Assembly (NCBI GenBank): GCA_036867785.1
Contig: CP145411.1
Coordinates: 868,001 to 932,000 of the forward strand
Length of the DNA stretch: 64,000 bases
Direction of reading: 5' to 3'
Source: Plasmodiophora brassicae
Taxonomy: Eukaryota
Below are positions 1 through 14,600 of this stretch, one piece after another. Below the pieces are notes generated by a model. That model searched no databases, was not told the origin of the DNA, and saw nothing but the letters and a program-made list of their open reading frames with translations. The translations under genes were made by a program, and so were the position numbers. How positions within the stretch are numbered: the stretch's first letter is position 1; every line of letters starts with the position of its first letter.

Positions 1-3000
1 AAGCGCTCGATCAAGTTAACCAGAGGCCGACCGGCAGTCGACGTTTCGATCTGAGTGGAAACAAGCTGAGTCAACCGAACAAATGCATCGGGATCAGCCA
101 AGAGCCCCTGATCAAAATCGTGCGCTCGAGACAGGTGCTGCAGAAGAGAGATATGTTGCGGTCGTACTGGCTCATCAGATAAAATCGTCCTTACAGCGGA
201 CCCTACACTCTGCCAATGTGTGTGAGAAAGTGCCCTGGCAAGGCTCGCATCAGATGGGCATTCAATGATCAAATATTCCCTACGTACTCATAACAGGAAA
301 CCGGCGCGTCGTTCGCCATAGCAAGACGAAGAAACTGGGCAACGCTTTGTTCAACAGCAAAGATATGCGATACGGGCTGGCGAACGTTCGGGCCAGGACT
401 GCTGCTGCGACGAGTTCCACGAACAACTGGAGCATGAACGCCACCTGCAATAGCTAACAGCAAAGCCCTTCAACAGAGAAGCCAGTGAGCCAATTGATTG
501 ATACACAGTGTAGCAGACAAGGCGTCCGTACCCGAGATTAGGACGACAAGCCTCAATCCATGGCTCTGCACGTCCGGCCGAGAGCATGACGGAGAGAAGT
601 CGCCGAAGGTGGACTATCATGCCATCGTACAATTCTAAGTCTTCGCAGCACAATGTAGCGAACCTTGCAACTCCTTGGTAACGGTCACCATCAAGGTTGA
701 ACTCGTGGAGCAGATTACGAAGTGTCGGGCTTGCGGAGCGCTGTAGGATGTTTCGTGCCGCTGTTCGTAATCGAACATCGTGTCTCGTGAGTGCCATGAC
801 AGCAACAGCATCGAAGCGACTTTGCCACGACGAAGGATCAGGTTGAGGCACGTCCTGCGAGAAGAACTGCGGAATTCGATCCATTAACTGGGTCGCAAAT
901 TCCAGGAGAACAGTCAGACGCAACGTTGTCAACGCCTTCATCTCAGTGACCATCAGCGTTGCAAGTCCTTCGAATACTTGCGCCCTTTCAATGGGATACC
1001 TCTCAACGGTATTGCTAAGCGCGCTCCGGACAGACCGCCTTATTACTTCCTGATCGTGCAGAAGCAAACGAACAAGACACCTGCCACCCGATATACGAAC
1101 GTTTGGTGGTGTGGCAGCGAGGAGGGTCTCCGGCATGATGTCGGGGCATAGCCCAACGCACGCAGAATAGAGCCGGATGTAGAATTGTTGACGATCATCG
1201 GACTCGTTCACGTCAGATCCAGCATGTTCGCCAAAGTTCTTGTTATCGGATTCTGTAGGCCACACGGAGAGAAGCATCCCTTGGACATCGGGCCCAACCT
1301 CTCTTTCGCATACACTGATGACGTCCACGATGTGTCGAGATAGCGTTGACGACAGAACAGACACCCGGTCACTTAGTGGTTTGGCGTCTGAAGGGCGGCG
1401 AACCCGTGCCACCAGACAGGCGAATTGCCGATCAGAACTGCGACATCAGTTAGGCCAAATCAATAGCGATGACATTTTTCGAATCTTACTTCGTAATATG
1501 GGCGGCAGCCTCGATGCCGACCAGCAAATGATGCGGCAATGAAGATGCCAACGACTGGGGGACGTCACGAGAAAGCAGCGGAGTCAGCACTGTTTGCGCC
1601 GTAATTGTGAACTCATGGGTGGCCATTAAGGCGATGACAGCGGATGCAGACTTGATGCAGGACGCAAAATGTCGAGGGCCTGACATCAGTTACGTACAGT
1701 GTCAGACCACTGATGCGCTGAACCACATGAAGGCATACGTATGTAGGCTCCAACGAGCTCGTTAGCAATCATCCTGATGATGCGGGGTCGCACAGCACAT
1801 ACGCGCTCGTGTGGGTCTTTAAGGGTCATACCGCCTAACAGCTGAGCAATGCAGTCCAAGCGCCCACTACTGGTAGACCGATCTTTGAACAGGCCATTTA
1901 AAAGATGATCTTTCACAAGCGCATCGACGTGGCGCTCGAAGAAGTCGACTGGGCTTCGACATAGTATCGTCTGGCATTGCCGTTGTTAGTTCCGAAAATC
2001 AGTACGAGCAAGAGCTTGGTTTACCGTTGCGACTAGCAGCGCCCGGTTTCGGTCGACACTTGATGCATCGACTGGCAATACCAATACAGCGGCGTAGAGT
2101 GCGATAATATCAACAAAGAATAACTGATGAAGCTCCGCCGTTAACGAATGTCCACGAACGGCCACACCTTGGATATTCTGAAATGCACTGAAATCAAGGC
2201 GCGACACACACTGCTGCAGAGCAATCAGTAGAGGTGAAGTCATAGACTGCTGGCTTTGCAACAATCCAAGCAATGAACGGAAGAGCTGTGACAGCGCTGT
2301 GACGTCCTGACCGTTAGTCATGTTGAACCTTAAACGCGATAATCCCTCAACGACAGGTTCCGGGATTTGAACGCATCCAAGCGAATGGTCGACAGCAATC
2401 GCAGCAGCCCCACGAACCTGCTCCAGTACGCTGGACCATTTGTGATTAATATCCATATGCGTTTGTCGCCCAGGCGACTGTGAAGGAGATGCAGATAACC
2501 AGTGGCGAAAAGCCATTCCTGTCAGATGCTGGGTGACCGTATTCGATACGGACGCATGTGGGATGACGGTCAACAGAACGTCAAGGGCCATTGAGTCGAA
2601 GTGCAATTGTAGCAAGTCAAATGATGCAGTCGGTGATGACGACACCATGACGAGAAACCGGCCGAGCGTAAAGCACGACGATGACGACTGCAAGGGACGC
2701 GATCGGTCCATTACGGCACACACGATGGCGTGCACGACATCGACTGCACAAGGTCCCGAAACTTCGGCTATCAGCTTTAGCGTGGTCTCGTAGGACGACG
2801 GATGCGCACGTTCATGGCGAAGGGAATCCCCAGCAATACGCATCAGTCTTGTAAGGAGGCTTCCAACAAGCCCAGTTTCGCTTAGGATGTTGGACCAGAG
2901 CGAGTGTCGGCGCATATGAGCTCCGACCAGGTCACTGAGGTTCCAGGAGGACAGATCACGTCGGAAGGCCTTGGAGACATCGACATTGGTGAGATACTGC

Positions 3001-5350
3001 ATGAACGTGTTGATGGACGCTTGCAAATGCGCTCGCTTGCCCTGTACAAGACCAAGGCCGTCTTGCAGATGGGCGATGTCACGTTCGAGTCGCTTTTGAA
3101 CCGCAAGTCGAGAGGAAGTCAGCGAATGAAGTTCCGCAATAGCGTCCTCGATATCTCGAGTCTGGACGTCCTCCGCATTCGCGATCATCACAGAGAATCG
3201 CTCTGCCAACCTGAACATTGCACCTCAGTCAATCCCGATAAAGTCAATTCAGAGGGGACGGCTCCACCTACAGTGGATTGCCTTCCGATCGGCATATTTC
3301 GCGCGCCTGAGTAAACAGCGACACACACTGGGAAACCAGGGATTCCCGAGCGTTCTCTCCTCCATCGTTCAATTCCATTGACTCCAGTTCGAAGACCGCC
3401 TTGAACAAGGACGACATTTCCGAGGAACGGGAACGCTCCTGAGCCGCAGTGTTGAGTTTGGACATTGTCCTAGATCGAAAATACCCGTCAGGCATGATAA
3501 CTCGCAGCTTAAGCATTTGGTTGGGAAGAGTCCCATTGCGAAGAATCTCCGGATCCAGAGCGGATAATCTACCCCTCAAAGGATCACCATCGGCCGGGGC
3601 GATGACGTCGAGATGCTCCTTAACAACTTCATATAGGAATGACAATTCTTTCATCGTGATATACACAACCGATGAGGATAGCAAGGAGGACTCGCCTCGC
3701 CAAGACAGTTGCGCTTCGAGAGACTCCTCATCAGAGACAACGTCACTCAATTCAGCGATACCAGTGATGCGATCGAAAAACTCAACAACAGATGGTAACC
3801 TGTCCCGCAGATAATCGTTAAGCCGAATCATGTACGCCTCTTTCTCTCCAAACAGAACCCCGTTGCTCAGGTTCTGCAATAAATTTAGGACTTCAAGCGA
3901 TCAGTTGAAACAGAATCTAACCTGAAGAACCTTCGCAACCATTATCAGGTTCCTTCTGGTTCGAGGAGGCAAGGGCCCTGGATTCGGTTCCGAGAGCGAA
4001 GGATCGACAACTGACGGGTTCAAGAACCGCAAGAAGAGCAAACCGCCGACAATCCGGTAAGCCTGGGTCGCGTCAACGCCAAAGTGATTCATCGAAAGGT
4101 CTCGCAAGATCCTTGCGAGAACGCACAGGCCTTCAGGCATTTCCGAACCAAGAAACGGTTGCAGGAATGCATCCACAGTCGACGTAAGCTTTGCAAGGCG
4201 CTATCGAAACGCTTGTCATTTCCTAGGATAACCCGAAACAATGGACTTACATCTTCAACGGAGATGCTGTGCGTTCCCTCAATCTACACGGTCGGCGTCG
4301 GTCAGCTGATGCGAGGGCCACCGCGAATTGTTAAGTTACCTTAGACGGATCCAGTTCAAAATCAACATCTGTACACTGCAGCAGAGCACGTTGCGGTTTC
4401 GAAAGGGCCTCCTTGCATAGAAACGGACGGGTTACCAGGTGATTTAGCGATACCGAATCGACAACTTACCGCAAGAACAGCACGACACGGATCTCGTCGT
4501 GTATACCCAGAAAGAAGCTTGGCGCTAGCACTGTTGTCCCTCAGAAACGTTGAGATATCCGAGCAGTCATTCACATCCAGTTCCAGAACCCGTTGAATTA
4601 CACGGAGCAACAGACACTCCTCTTGAGCATCGTAAGGGTTCGCAAATCTGGCATCGAATGCACAGGTGATTGGGAATCCAGATAGGCATTGACCAGGGGC
4701 ATACGTACAGCGTCGATACGATCAACGGCACAACTGATGTAACTTCTTTCGAGCTGGCTGTACGCACTAACCGCGCCTGGAGAACCGACATATGGGTACT
4801 GGGACGCTTACGTCTGATCCAGTGTCGATATACCAAGTAGTCTGGCTCTTTTCTGAGGACGTATAAAAACGCCCCGAATGAATGCAACGCCTCCGCAACG
4901 TCGGCAGACTGTTGAACAGAATTAGGCGGTTCGGTTGTGAAAACGTCGAAACGAATAACACACCATCTCGGTGTCAACATGCTGTACGTCGTCTGGAATC
5001 TGTTGGCACTTTGGTTCGATGCGCTTGAGATTCTATTTGTTCGTCGTCACAAGCAGGACAACACTCGTATGGAGACGAATATACCTGGCCAGATGCCCTG
5101 CTGTTCAGCAAGACCTTGATCTGATCGTCAATCGTACGCAGCTCTTGCTCGAGAGCAGCATTCTTCTTCGTCTCGATGATAATGCTCGATTTAAGGGTGG
5201 CGCGCACCTCCAAATCTGCTCTAACGTCGGCGACCGACGGCTATCGCCACACACGCACTCGCCGATCTGCCTACCTGCAGCAATGGCACGTTCCTGTCTG
5301 ATGGCACTCGATGCTAAGGTGCGCAGCGTCTTGGCAAGTTCGATCGGCAT
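1..5350 (-). CDS. Multi-exon RasGAP (Gap1/Sar1/IQGAP-related) with RasGAP_C, followed by a Furry/MOR2-PAG1-like N-terminal region; runs off the left edge
   Basis: Exon ORFs carry LEVRATLK...LEQELRTIDDQIKVLLNSR, the Arg-finger FLRDNSASAKLL, GGLLFLRFLNPSVVDP...RRNLIMVAKVLQ and NLSNGVLFGEKEAYM. ORF 1986-3218 runs from RasGAP_C (FMQYLTNV) into Furry-like motifs. The last visible exon (137 to 1) is open to the edge. Confidence 0.75.
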
Positions 5351-5594
5351 TGCCTCTATTTTGTGGTGTGCCCAATGGTCACACCACGCGTAGCGCATGC
5401 GCAACAGACAGGGGCACGGCCCGCGGCGCCCAACAACACGTCCCTCCCTATCTCAAACGGACTTGACACGGTTTTTTTGTACGGGCACGAATCCGGCACC
5501 ACGCGCCTGGCTGCATGGCATGGGCGCGTGGCCCACGGGGTCCGCCGCAACTGCTACATTCCACTGCTGGCCTACCTACCCACTGCAGCGGGCA

Positions 5595-6950
5595 ATGGAG
5601 CTTGAAGAACCAGCGTCTAGCGCCGCGCAAGCGTTGTCAATTGATAAGCGGCACGTCTACCATGCTGTGCGCGATTCACTTGCGGGGATAAACGGTGCGG
5701 CAGCCAAAATGCTCCTCGGTCGGATGGCCTGCACCGTTCGTCAGCGGTACTGTCTAACTTGTACAACGTTCAGGGCATCCGTTCGATACTATCAAAGTGA
5801 GGATGCAGGCCTGCGAAGGCAACCGTTTTCGAACGCTGTTCGGGTCCGTTAGATCGACCTTACTGGTTGATGGGGTAAGCACTGTTGTGGGGAGCGGATA
5901 CGATTGCTCGATGACCGTTCCGCCAATTGTCATAGCCACTGGGATTTTATCGAGGTTTATCGGTTACTGTTCCTGGACTTTTCGTTTACAATACGGTGCT
6001 CTTTTCGTTTTATGGCTTCGCATGCGATGTCATCCGAATCGGTTCCGGCTCACCAACGTCCCAGCTCAGTCAACGAGAAATCGCAACTGCTGGGGTACGC
6101 CTGCTTTTCTCGTTCCTAGCATGTCAATCTCACCGCTGTCGTTCAGGCGCTTGCTGGGGCAGCCGCAAATGTTATTCATTCGCCGTTTGGTACCTGGGCT
6201 TCCAGTTCATCACAGGTCATGCTCCTGATGTAACTTGCAGAGTACGTTCGCTGTCGTTTGCAAGCTTCTCCACCTACCCAAGCGTCTTTAGTTGGCACCA
6301 TGCGCGCCGTTTACCGCTCCAGTGGCTTTGCAGGCCTGTACAGGGGACTGCATTTAACACTTGCTCGGGAAGTCCCTGCCAACGGTCATCTGCTATCCCT
6401 AATGGCAACATTGCGATCGGCTTTGTCTTAATTATTTGTGCACCACAGCACTCTACTTCTCGACATTTGAGTATCTCGTACGGCAGTACACGCCTCCGCA
6501 CAGTGGGCAGGACTCGGGCGATTTCAGGGTGCACCAGGTGCCGCCATACGTTATTGCAATTGCTGGAGGTCTGGCCGGTATTGCGAACTGGATGTTCGTG
6601 TTCCCAATTGACACCATCAAATCGCGCTGGCAGACTGATTCGTTAACATCGCCCAAATACGGTAGTCGAAGACGGCGGTCTTTAGTTTCCGATTCACCGC
6701 TCTCATTCCATTGGTTACAGCCTCGGTGCTGGATTGCATCCGCCAAACCTACCTGAAAGAACGCTGGAGCGGCTTCTGGAGAGGGCTGTCGTCGTGTCTG
6801 ACCAGGTACTTGGCAACGGTTTTCTGCGAATTTCGTTTATATATTGACGGGAACTGACTAACAACGCGCAGGGCATTCGTGGCAAACTCGGCGACGTTCG
6901 TAGCTGTCGAAGCCACGCAGCGAATCCTAAACTCACGGTCTAACGAATGA
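5595..6950 (+). CDS. Mitochondrial carrier family (SLC25) protein, multi-exon
   Basis: Carrier motifs HPFDTIKVRMQ and AGGLAGIANWMFVFPIDTIKSRWQ; last exon AFVANSATFVAVE...SNE* ends at TGA 6948-6950. Confidence 0.85.
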
Positions 6951-6980
6951 CTTTATGTATGCTTACGAATACAAAGGCGA

Positions 6981-8278
6981 TTATATCATTGGTGGGAGAG
7001 GCGCATAGCTCTGCACAGCATCGTACACGATCATCTGCGGTGCTCCATACGCAATCTGGCCACTAGCGTTGACGTTCGGCGACCCTCCAGGTGATTGCCA
7101 CAGTCCAACGCCGCTGTACGATGGGACGGCGCCTTGCGCGTTTAGCCTCACTGGGGCGGGCTGAAACGGCGACTTCTTCTCTCGGCGCAGCAGCGTTGAT
7201 TCAGACGACATCGACGTCGTCGACGTGCCAGATGTCGTCGCCGTCTTCATCGTTGTTTCATCATCCAGCTGCGTCACGGCAGCGGCTTGTTGGGACAGGA
7301 GATCGAGGGCGCCCGTGACCCTTCGTTCTGCAGCGCGACGATGCGTCCTGGTGTGGTTGGCGACGGATTTCGCGCTTCGAAACGTGCGATCGCATTGCCC
7401 GCAAACATAACAATCGGGGGCGGCGTGCCACAGCGCATGACGCCGCATATCGGACGCCTTCACCGTCGGTCGAACATCACACTTCGTTCCTTGGTCGCGG
7501 CACGTCGAGCACCAGAACATCCCTCTCAGGGCGCCTTCAGATTCGATCTTGATCAGCCTTGGATTGGCGGCGCTGACAATGACGGTATCGTTGACGCTGA
7601 TGACTTTCTCATCGAACGAGAAGTCGGACGACGTCGGTATTCGACAGCGGCCGCTGTGCCGCTGGAGTTCGAGGCGGGTCCTGCAGGATTCCCGACATCG
7701 GACGCAGCAATACGTGTGGGCGCCCGTGTGCGTCGCCAGATGGGCGATGACGCGCATGCGTCGATGCGTCGGTATCGTCAGCTCAGCCGGGCTCACGCCC
7801 TGCTCGTACTCCAGCCGGCAATACTCGCACCAGTACAGTCGCCGGGCGCCGGCGAACACGAACAGGACGCCGGGCGAATCGTACGGGCGCGAGTCGCCTG
7901 TCGACGCGAACAGTGGGATGAGATCCCGATCATCGGTACTGGCGGCAGCGCCGCCGACCGGCATACTGAGGGTGCCAACGGCGCCCACCTACGTAGACCG
8001 TCCTGGATCAGGCGCTGACTGACGGCGACGGGGTTGACCACGTGTGCTCCGAGTCCTCGTGTTTGCTTTGAGTCCCAGGCCGCCGTTCGGAAACTCCGTT
8101 CCGCTATTTCAGTCCGGCGTCGCCTCCAGTGCCCAACGGCCCAAATGGAAGGGGACACGGCGTCACGGCCACCGATGGAGGGCGGTCGCCGCCGCCGGCC
8201 CCCGCGCACTTTTTCAGCCGATCCGACGGAAGAACGCCGAAGAATGCGATGCCCAATAACGCGCTTCGGGTCCGACAT
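6981..8278 (-). CDS. Divergent C2H2 zinc-finger protein; 5' exon and start uncertain
   Basis: ORF 6981-7988 has CEYC...HLATH, CVRC...H, CSTC...HALWH and CGQCDRTFRSAKSVANHTRTH. Confidence 0.7.
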
Positions 8279-8630
8279 GTCACAAAAGGGGGGCCCGCAA
8301 CGAGTACGGGGGTCGTTTCAGGCACACCTGTCCTGCTGTCAAGCGGAATGTCGGCATGCTCGGGGAGGCAGATAGCCGTATGTACCGATATGCCGAATGA
8401 GCACACATGAGAGAGCAGGCTCATACACACGCGCTCGATTTGTGCCGGACTGTATCCCAGGATGAAATGACTTTGGGGTTGCGTCGGCGAAAGGTGGGCA
8501 TTCACCGGTTCGGAAGTATGGCGCGTCTGTGTCGATCGCAGGTGATGCCATCACCTGGACACGCTGCACCTGCACGTCATCAGGGGCGTGATGAGTGATG
8601 CGAGTCTCAGTGGGCGGGCGGGCATTCGTT

Positions 8631-11600
8631 ATGGCCATGGCGATCGATATCGAGCGGGCGTGCGAGGGCGCCCGGCTTGACCTGCCGACGCAGAGATCGG
8701 TCGCTGCGTTCGCCAGTCGCTTTCGCCGGCTGCTTCGTCCACTTAGCGAGGGCAGCAGCAAGTCTGAGCGCCCGGAAGGCACGGAGGACAGGGCATTCAG
8801 CGACACCGTATATGGTGCAGAGACTTTACTGCCTGCCCAGTTGCACAAGGACCTCGCCGATCTTAAGGCGGCCATCCCAACCGTGACCTTCCAAACTATC
8901 TCGCTGCAATGTGGCGACCTGCTGTACGACTTGGGCCAAGTTGACGCCGCGAGGACACTGTGCTTCGTGTTCGACTCCAGCGACGACGACGTAGTTGTGC
9001 GGACGCGATCAGTGTTCGGCCGCGCCCGATGCAATTACCGGGCGGCGCTGGAGATTGACCCCATGCTGAAAGACAGTGCAACCGTATCCGCTGCTCGCGC
9101 CAGCATGCTGGAGATCCAACAGCAAATGCGCCTCTTGCTGTGCCAACCAGACGGCGAACGTCTGTGCTGGCTGCTTTACAACGGGACGATCCACCTGTAC
9201 CGCATGTGCAAACCGCTTCTGGACCGTCGGGTCGCCCATGCCGCGTTGCCGTTCCTCAACTGGTCCATCGTCGCCATGGAAACGTCATTGCCGCTGTGTG
9301 CACCGCGGTACCTGTCCTGGCGTGTGACGCTGTATTCCACGGCCGTCGCCGCTCTGCTGGACATCGGGAAACCAGCGAACGCGTTGGCAGCGGTCGACCG
9401 CGCCGCCGCGAAGGTGCTGTAATGCCTACAATTCAGCATGGGCTCACTAACGAGTCGTACGTGCAGGTGGCCGAGCTAGGCAGGTGGCTGGAGGCTGATC
9501 CTCCAGTGCCGGCGGAACAGGCCCGGCTGCTTCGGGATGCAAGCGGTCGCCTGGACCTGCTGCGGCAACGCTGCCGATTCGTTGCCGGGCAGGTTCCCGA
9601 CGCCGGGAAGCTGGGCGAACTGCTGGTGCGGCCGGGCACCAACGAGAAGCTCGGCGATCTCCTGTCCCTGATCACGTTACCGGCCCCGGCCAGCGATAAC
9701 GATCCGCACGCGGCCCGCATGGAGTACGCCCTAGACATGGGCGTGCGACTGGTACGACGAGGCGTGCATTCCACGAGTGGTGATGGTGACCGTTCGTCGA
9801 ATGCGACAGATTCGATCCCAGCTCGAAGCGAAGACAGAAGGGTCGCCGAACGATGCTCCTATCGATGGCAAGTTCCACTGGGCGAAACGTTGGCGTTGTT
9901 TACTGAACGTGTTCGTCAGTCCTCGTCGATTGCGGCCTGCACATCCGCCTGCTCCTTCTGGCAGTGGCCTGGCGTCGTTGGCCGCTGGCCAATGCCCTGC
10001 TGCAACTCGTCGAGCAACGGAAGGCGATGCCGGACGGCCTTGCTGTGGACGTGGCGATCGCCCGCCTCGCGTGTCTGGCAAAGGACGTACGCGCTGCTGA
10101 TGGTGGGTACCGGGCAGGCCTACGTACAACAATTCGCGTCGTTCTCGACGCGACAGCAATCCCCGATACGTGCCCCGATGCAGTATCGTCCGCTTTACTG
10201 TCGATCTACGAGGGCATCGCGGTGCCCGCTCTTGCCGTTGACCTGCCCGATCGCCAGTACGTTCACGTTGCGGACGCGCCCGATGCATCCGTTCTGGACC
10301 TTCTTCAAGACGTCGCCCGCCTGTGGCTTCGTCTGGGGAATGCATCGGACCCCATGATCGCTGGGAAGCTCGTCCTCGACCTGTGCCCGCGAATCGAACC
10401 GTCCGCCGCCGTGTCCCTGCTCTCCAGCGCGATCGACGCCGTTGAACGGTACCGATCCGACGCCGTACGTCGCCTCTCACCGCGCCACTCTGTGCACGTG
10501 GACCTCTGGAGCACCGACACGGGCGCGTCCTACAACGTCATGGTCTGCCTGCACGCCGACCTCATGATGCAGTGGTTTCGGGCGCGCATCGCTGCTGGGG
10601 AATCATCGCCAGGCGCCATCCTCAGGGACCTGAGCGAGCACCGAGTCGCACAGGCGCTGCTGCTCGTGCAGGTCGCCGACCTCCGGCGAACAAGGCCCGA
10701 GAAGGTGGCCCGGTGGTTACATCGAGCCGAGAACCTGCTGCTGATGGAAACGGCCTACATCGACTCCCTCCGGGACGGTGACGAACCCGGCTGCCCTCGA
10801 CTTGTCTGGCATACGTCCACCTGCATCGCCCTTGACGTCGGCCGCGTGAACCGCCCTGCTCGGCTGTACGGCAGGGACGCCCTGCTGGGCACGAACGTCT
10901 CCATCAACAACGCCAAACACAAAGGACTCGGTCGCGACGTCGCCGACGGCGAGGTCGTCATCGTCAGAGGCCTATCGCCGAATCTCCCGTACGTGTTCGC
11001 CGCCCAACCGGCATCATCGCCCATGGGCCCTGCCTCGCCGGTCTACGTGGCGCGCTTCCCTCTACCTCTGGCGCTGGCCTGGGGCAACCTCGCTCAGGTC
11101 GCGCACACGACGAAGAACGACGGCCTGGCGCGATCCGCTGCCGCGCGCGTCCTGCACGATCTGTACGAGGGCCACGCGAGCCCGTTCCCGCTCTGCTTCA
11201 GGGCGGCGTACCCGTCGCTGCGATCGGATCGCGTCCGGGCCGGCCCACCACAGTTGCTGCGCCTGGCGGCCACCATGGAGGTCGTCCTGTCCGATACGCT
11301 GCGCCTGCCGCCGATCCTGTCCCACCTGACGCCCCACATGAAATCGCTCCAGCACGCCCAGCACTTCCTCGTGTCGCGCGCCGTGCACCTTGTTCGGTCG
11401 ATGCACCTGTCGGGGGCAACCGGCGACCGGCCGCGCGTGCTTGACACGGCCGCGCGCCTGTACGACGTCCTGGTGCCGATTCTGTCGACGCCGATGGCGA
11501 TCCCGATCGTCGTCCCGTCCCTCGAGCAGCTGTTCGACCTGGGCGTGGCGACCTGGACACCCGCCGTCAAACGAATCGTGCCCCGCCTCGCCCATGCCGT

Positions 11601-14600
11601 CATCGTCGCGTACGATCGGTACCGTCAGGCGGGCCTGGCGCTTGACGCCGACCGCCTGAAAGCGGTGCTCGCCTGCGGCACCGACGAATCGGCGGCGCTG
11701 GCCCGGTTCGTGGCCCGGCACACGTCCCTGGCCAAGCTGCCCACAGCCGGCGATGGCGCCAAGCTCGACATGCTGCTGGGTCCCGACCTGCAACCGATGG
11801 CGTCGGCACCAGACCTGCCCGACAGCGCCCGCGCCCTGCTCGCCCAAGAGGCGCTCGCTCGTGGGCAACCTCAGAAGGTGCCGGAATACATCGGGGCCGT
11901 CGTCGACGCCCAGGAGCCGACCGCGGCGCGCGCCCTCGCCCTGCTCCTGCGCGCGCAGGCCTCGTGGGCGGGCACATCGTCATCTGCCGCGACCGCGTCA
12001 GACCAGTTCGTGCTCGGGTCCGTCTCCCCCTCGTATCGAATCCGATGCCTGTCCCGTCCGCTCTGACCACGTCAGCAGGTGGGAATGGGAACAGTACCGC
12101 AACGTGGACGGCGGGCACCTCGCCGCCGACGACGCCATCGTCAAGGGTGCACCGGCGGCCCTGCCCGACCTGGGCGTGCCCGAATCGTTCTGGAGCGACG
12201 TGCGCGCGTCCGTCGCGATCGCCGCCCGGTCGCGCGCCTGGCAGCAACTTCAGAACGGTGTCGCCCTGGTCGTCGCCGCCCTCCGGCAGTGCCGACGGTC
12301 GGTCGTCGACCTGCGCCAGTTGCACACGATCCTGTCGCCGTTGCTCGCTGACGCGACCGACATGATCGCCTGGTTCCGCGAGCACCACGACGACGCCATC
12401 GCCGACGACGGCGTCGTCGTCCAGCGCCATGCGATCCACCTGTCGTACGGGTTGCGCTTCTCGTCGGCCCACGACCTCGTGTCGCAGGACGAATGGCTGT
12501 GGTCGCTCTGGTTCATGCCGATCGCCCGGCTCGACGTCGACCTCGTCTATTCGCTCCTGCAGTGGACGCTGTGGGCGCTGTTCCACGCCCGCGAATGGCA
12601 GACGCTGGTCGACCTGGCCGACCGGTTCGACGCGCTGACCGACGCGTTCTACAGCGCCCAGCACATCCACTACGTCATCTACGCGCAGGCGCGGCTTCGC
12701 GAGCGCGCCGAATCGGTGCTGAACGGGGCCGTGCACGACCTGGACGTCCTCGACCAGGACATGGCCCGGTTGCGGGACGAGATCGCCGCCCGGCGCCAGC
12801 TGAAACGCAGCCGCCTGGGCAAGATGGAGGAGGACCAGAAGCTGGCGGCCGCCACCGACGTGTACAACGGGAAGCGGACGGCGCTGAAGCAGGCCGTCGA
12901 CGACGCCACCGATCGGGTCGGGCGGGACCGGGCGCGACTGGACCGGTTCGCCCGGCTCCAGGACGAGGTCGAGCGGGACCGGAACGCGACCCTGCGGAAG
13001 CTGGAGCAGGCCAGGCACGCGCTGTACGCCGGCATGGACGGCGTCGGCCGCCTGCACGACGTCGTCCCGCTGTACGAGAAGCTGATCGAGTTCTGCCGCG
13101 CCAAGCAGGAGACGCTGGTCCTCCTGCGGGCCCTGCTGGACCTGGCCGCCGTCCTGCTGTGCCTTGGGCGGCGCCCGGACGCGATCGACATCTGGCGGAA
13201 CGTGGTCGAGACGGTGGACGCTGGCCAGGGCGACGCGTTCGAGCGCGTTGGCGTCTGGGGCTGCCTGTACGGTTGCATCGCGTATGGGCGCCTGGCCCAG
13301 CAGTTGCCGGGCGATCTGGGGGCGCGCGCCGACGCCGCCGATCGCATCTCGTTGATGGCGTCGGCGATCCTGTCGATGACGGGCGAGCACGCGCAGGTGG
13401 CCGCCCAGCTGGCCACGAGGGCGCTGCCGGCGCCCGTCTTCCCCGGCACCGACATCATGCTGCGACCCGACCGCGTCCACGTTGGCGACGCCCTGGCCGC
13501 CTTCGAGTTCGCAGGTCGCGAGTTGCTGGGCAGCGCCGACGACGACGGCGGCCTGAAGGCGTTGCCGGTCGTGTCGATCCTGATTTCTGTCGCGAGGACG
13601 TCGGCCGGCGACCTGGACAGGACCGTCGCCGGTCTGGCCATGCAGGTGCAGGCCTGTTTGCAGGTCGGGCAGCCTGCCGAGGCGGTCGACATCCTGTCGC
13701 GACTGTTCCGCGCCGCCGACGCCCCCGACGACGTCCAGGGCCGGCGCCGGTCCCGCTCGACGCCGCCAGACGCGCTGATCCCGCCATGGAAGAACGACGC
13801 GGCCGTATCGGAGCAGGACGCCTGCGTCAAAGCACTGTGCAACGTCGACGAGCTGCTGGCTGGGACCACGTCACCCGACGTCGTCCTCGCGTACGGGCGG
13901 CTGCTCGCCTGGCTCGTGAAGCAGGGCAGGGGGGATTGTGCTGAACCCGCGAACCGCGTCCTGGACAGGGTGACGGGCCCCCTGAAGCAAGAAGCGGTGA
14001 CGTGCAACGCAGCGCCCCCGTCGTACAGCTGGGTGCTGACGCGAGAGATGGCAGGTTGTCGTGTCCGCTTCGATAGCGTCGTCGGCAGACTGCGTCCAGC
14101 GCTGCGACGACGCGCTACGAAACGGTGCGGCCGTCGGTCGCCAATGGTTCACCGTCCGGATGATGCAGGTGGACGCGCTGCTGGCCATGGGCAACCTTCG
14201 CGACGCCGACACCATCGCGGGTACGGTCGTCGCCGCCGCTGACAGCGTCCACGAGCGATCCGTCCGACGACGTTGCCTGTTGGCGCGCGCCGAGGTCCTC
14301 GCCATCCGAGGCGACGAAGACGGCGCCGTCGCCGTCTTCGAGACGCTGGACGACGCGACGCTGGCCGCCCGGTTTTGCGAAGGGTACCTTGCGTTCGCCG
14401 GCGTCCTGTGCCATCGCCGCCAGACCGGCGACGTGCAACGCGCCGTTGATCTACTGCGGCAGGCGCAGGACGTGCTGGAGGGCACGTCGTCGGCCATGCA
14501 GGTCACCGTGTTCCGATCCCGATACTTCCCCGTCATACGCCCGATGATCCTGACGCGCGTCGCCCTGTGCGAGGCGACGGGCGACGGCGCCAACGCCAAC

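Noticed and set aside
11600-14007. Long antisense and off-frame ORFs over CFAP54
   Set aside because: Shadow ORFs caused by extreme GC3; no domain motifs.
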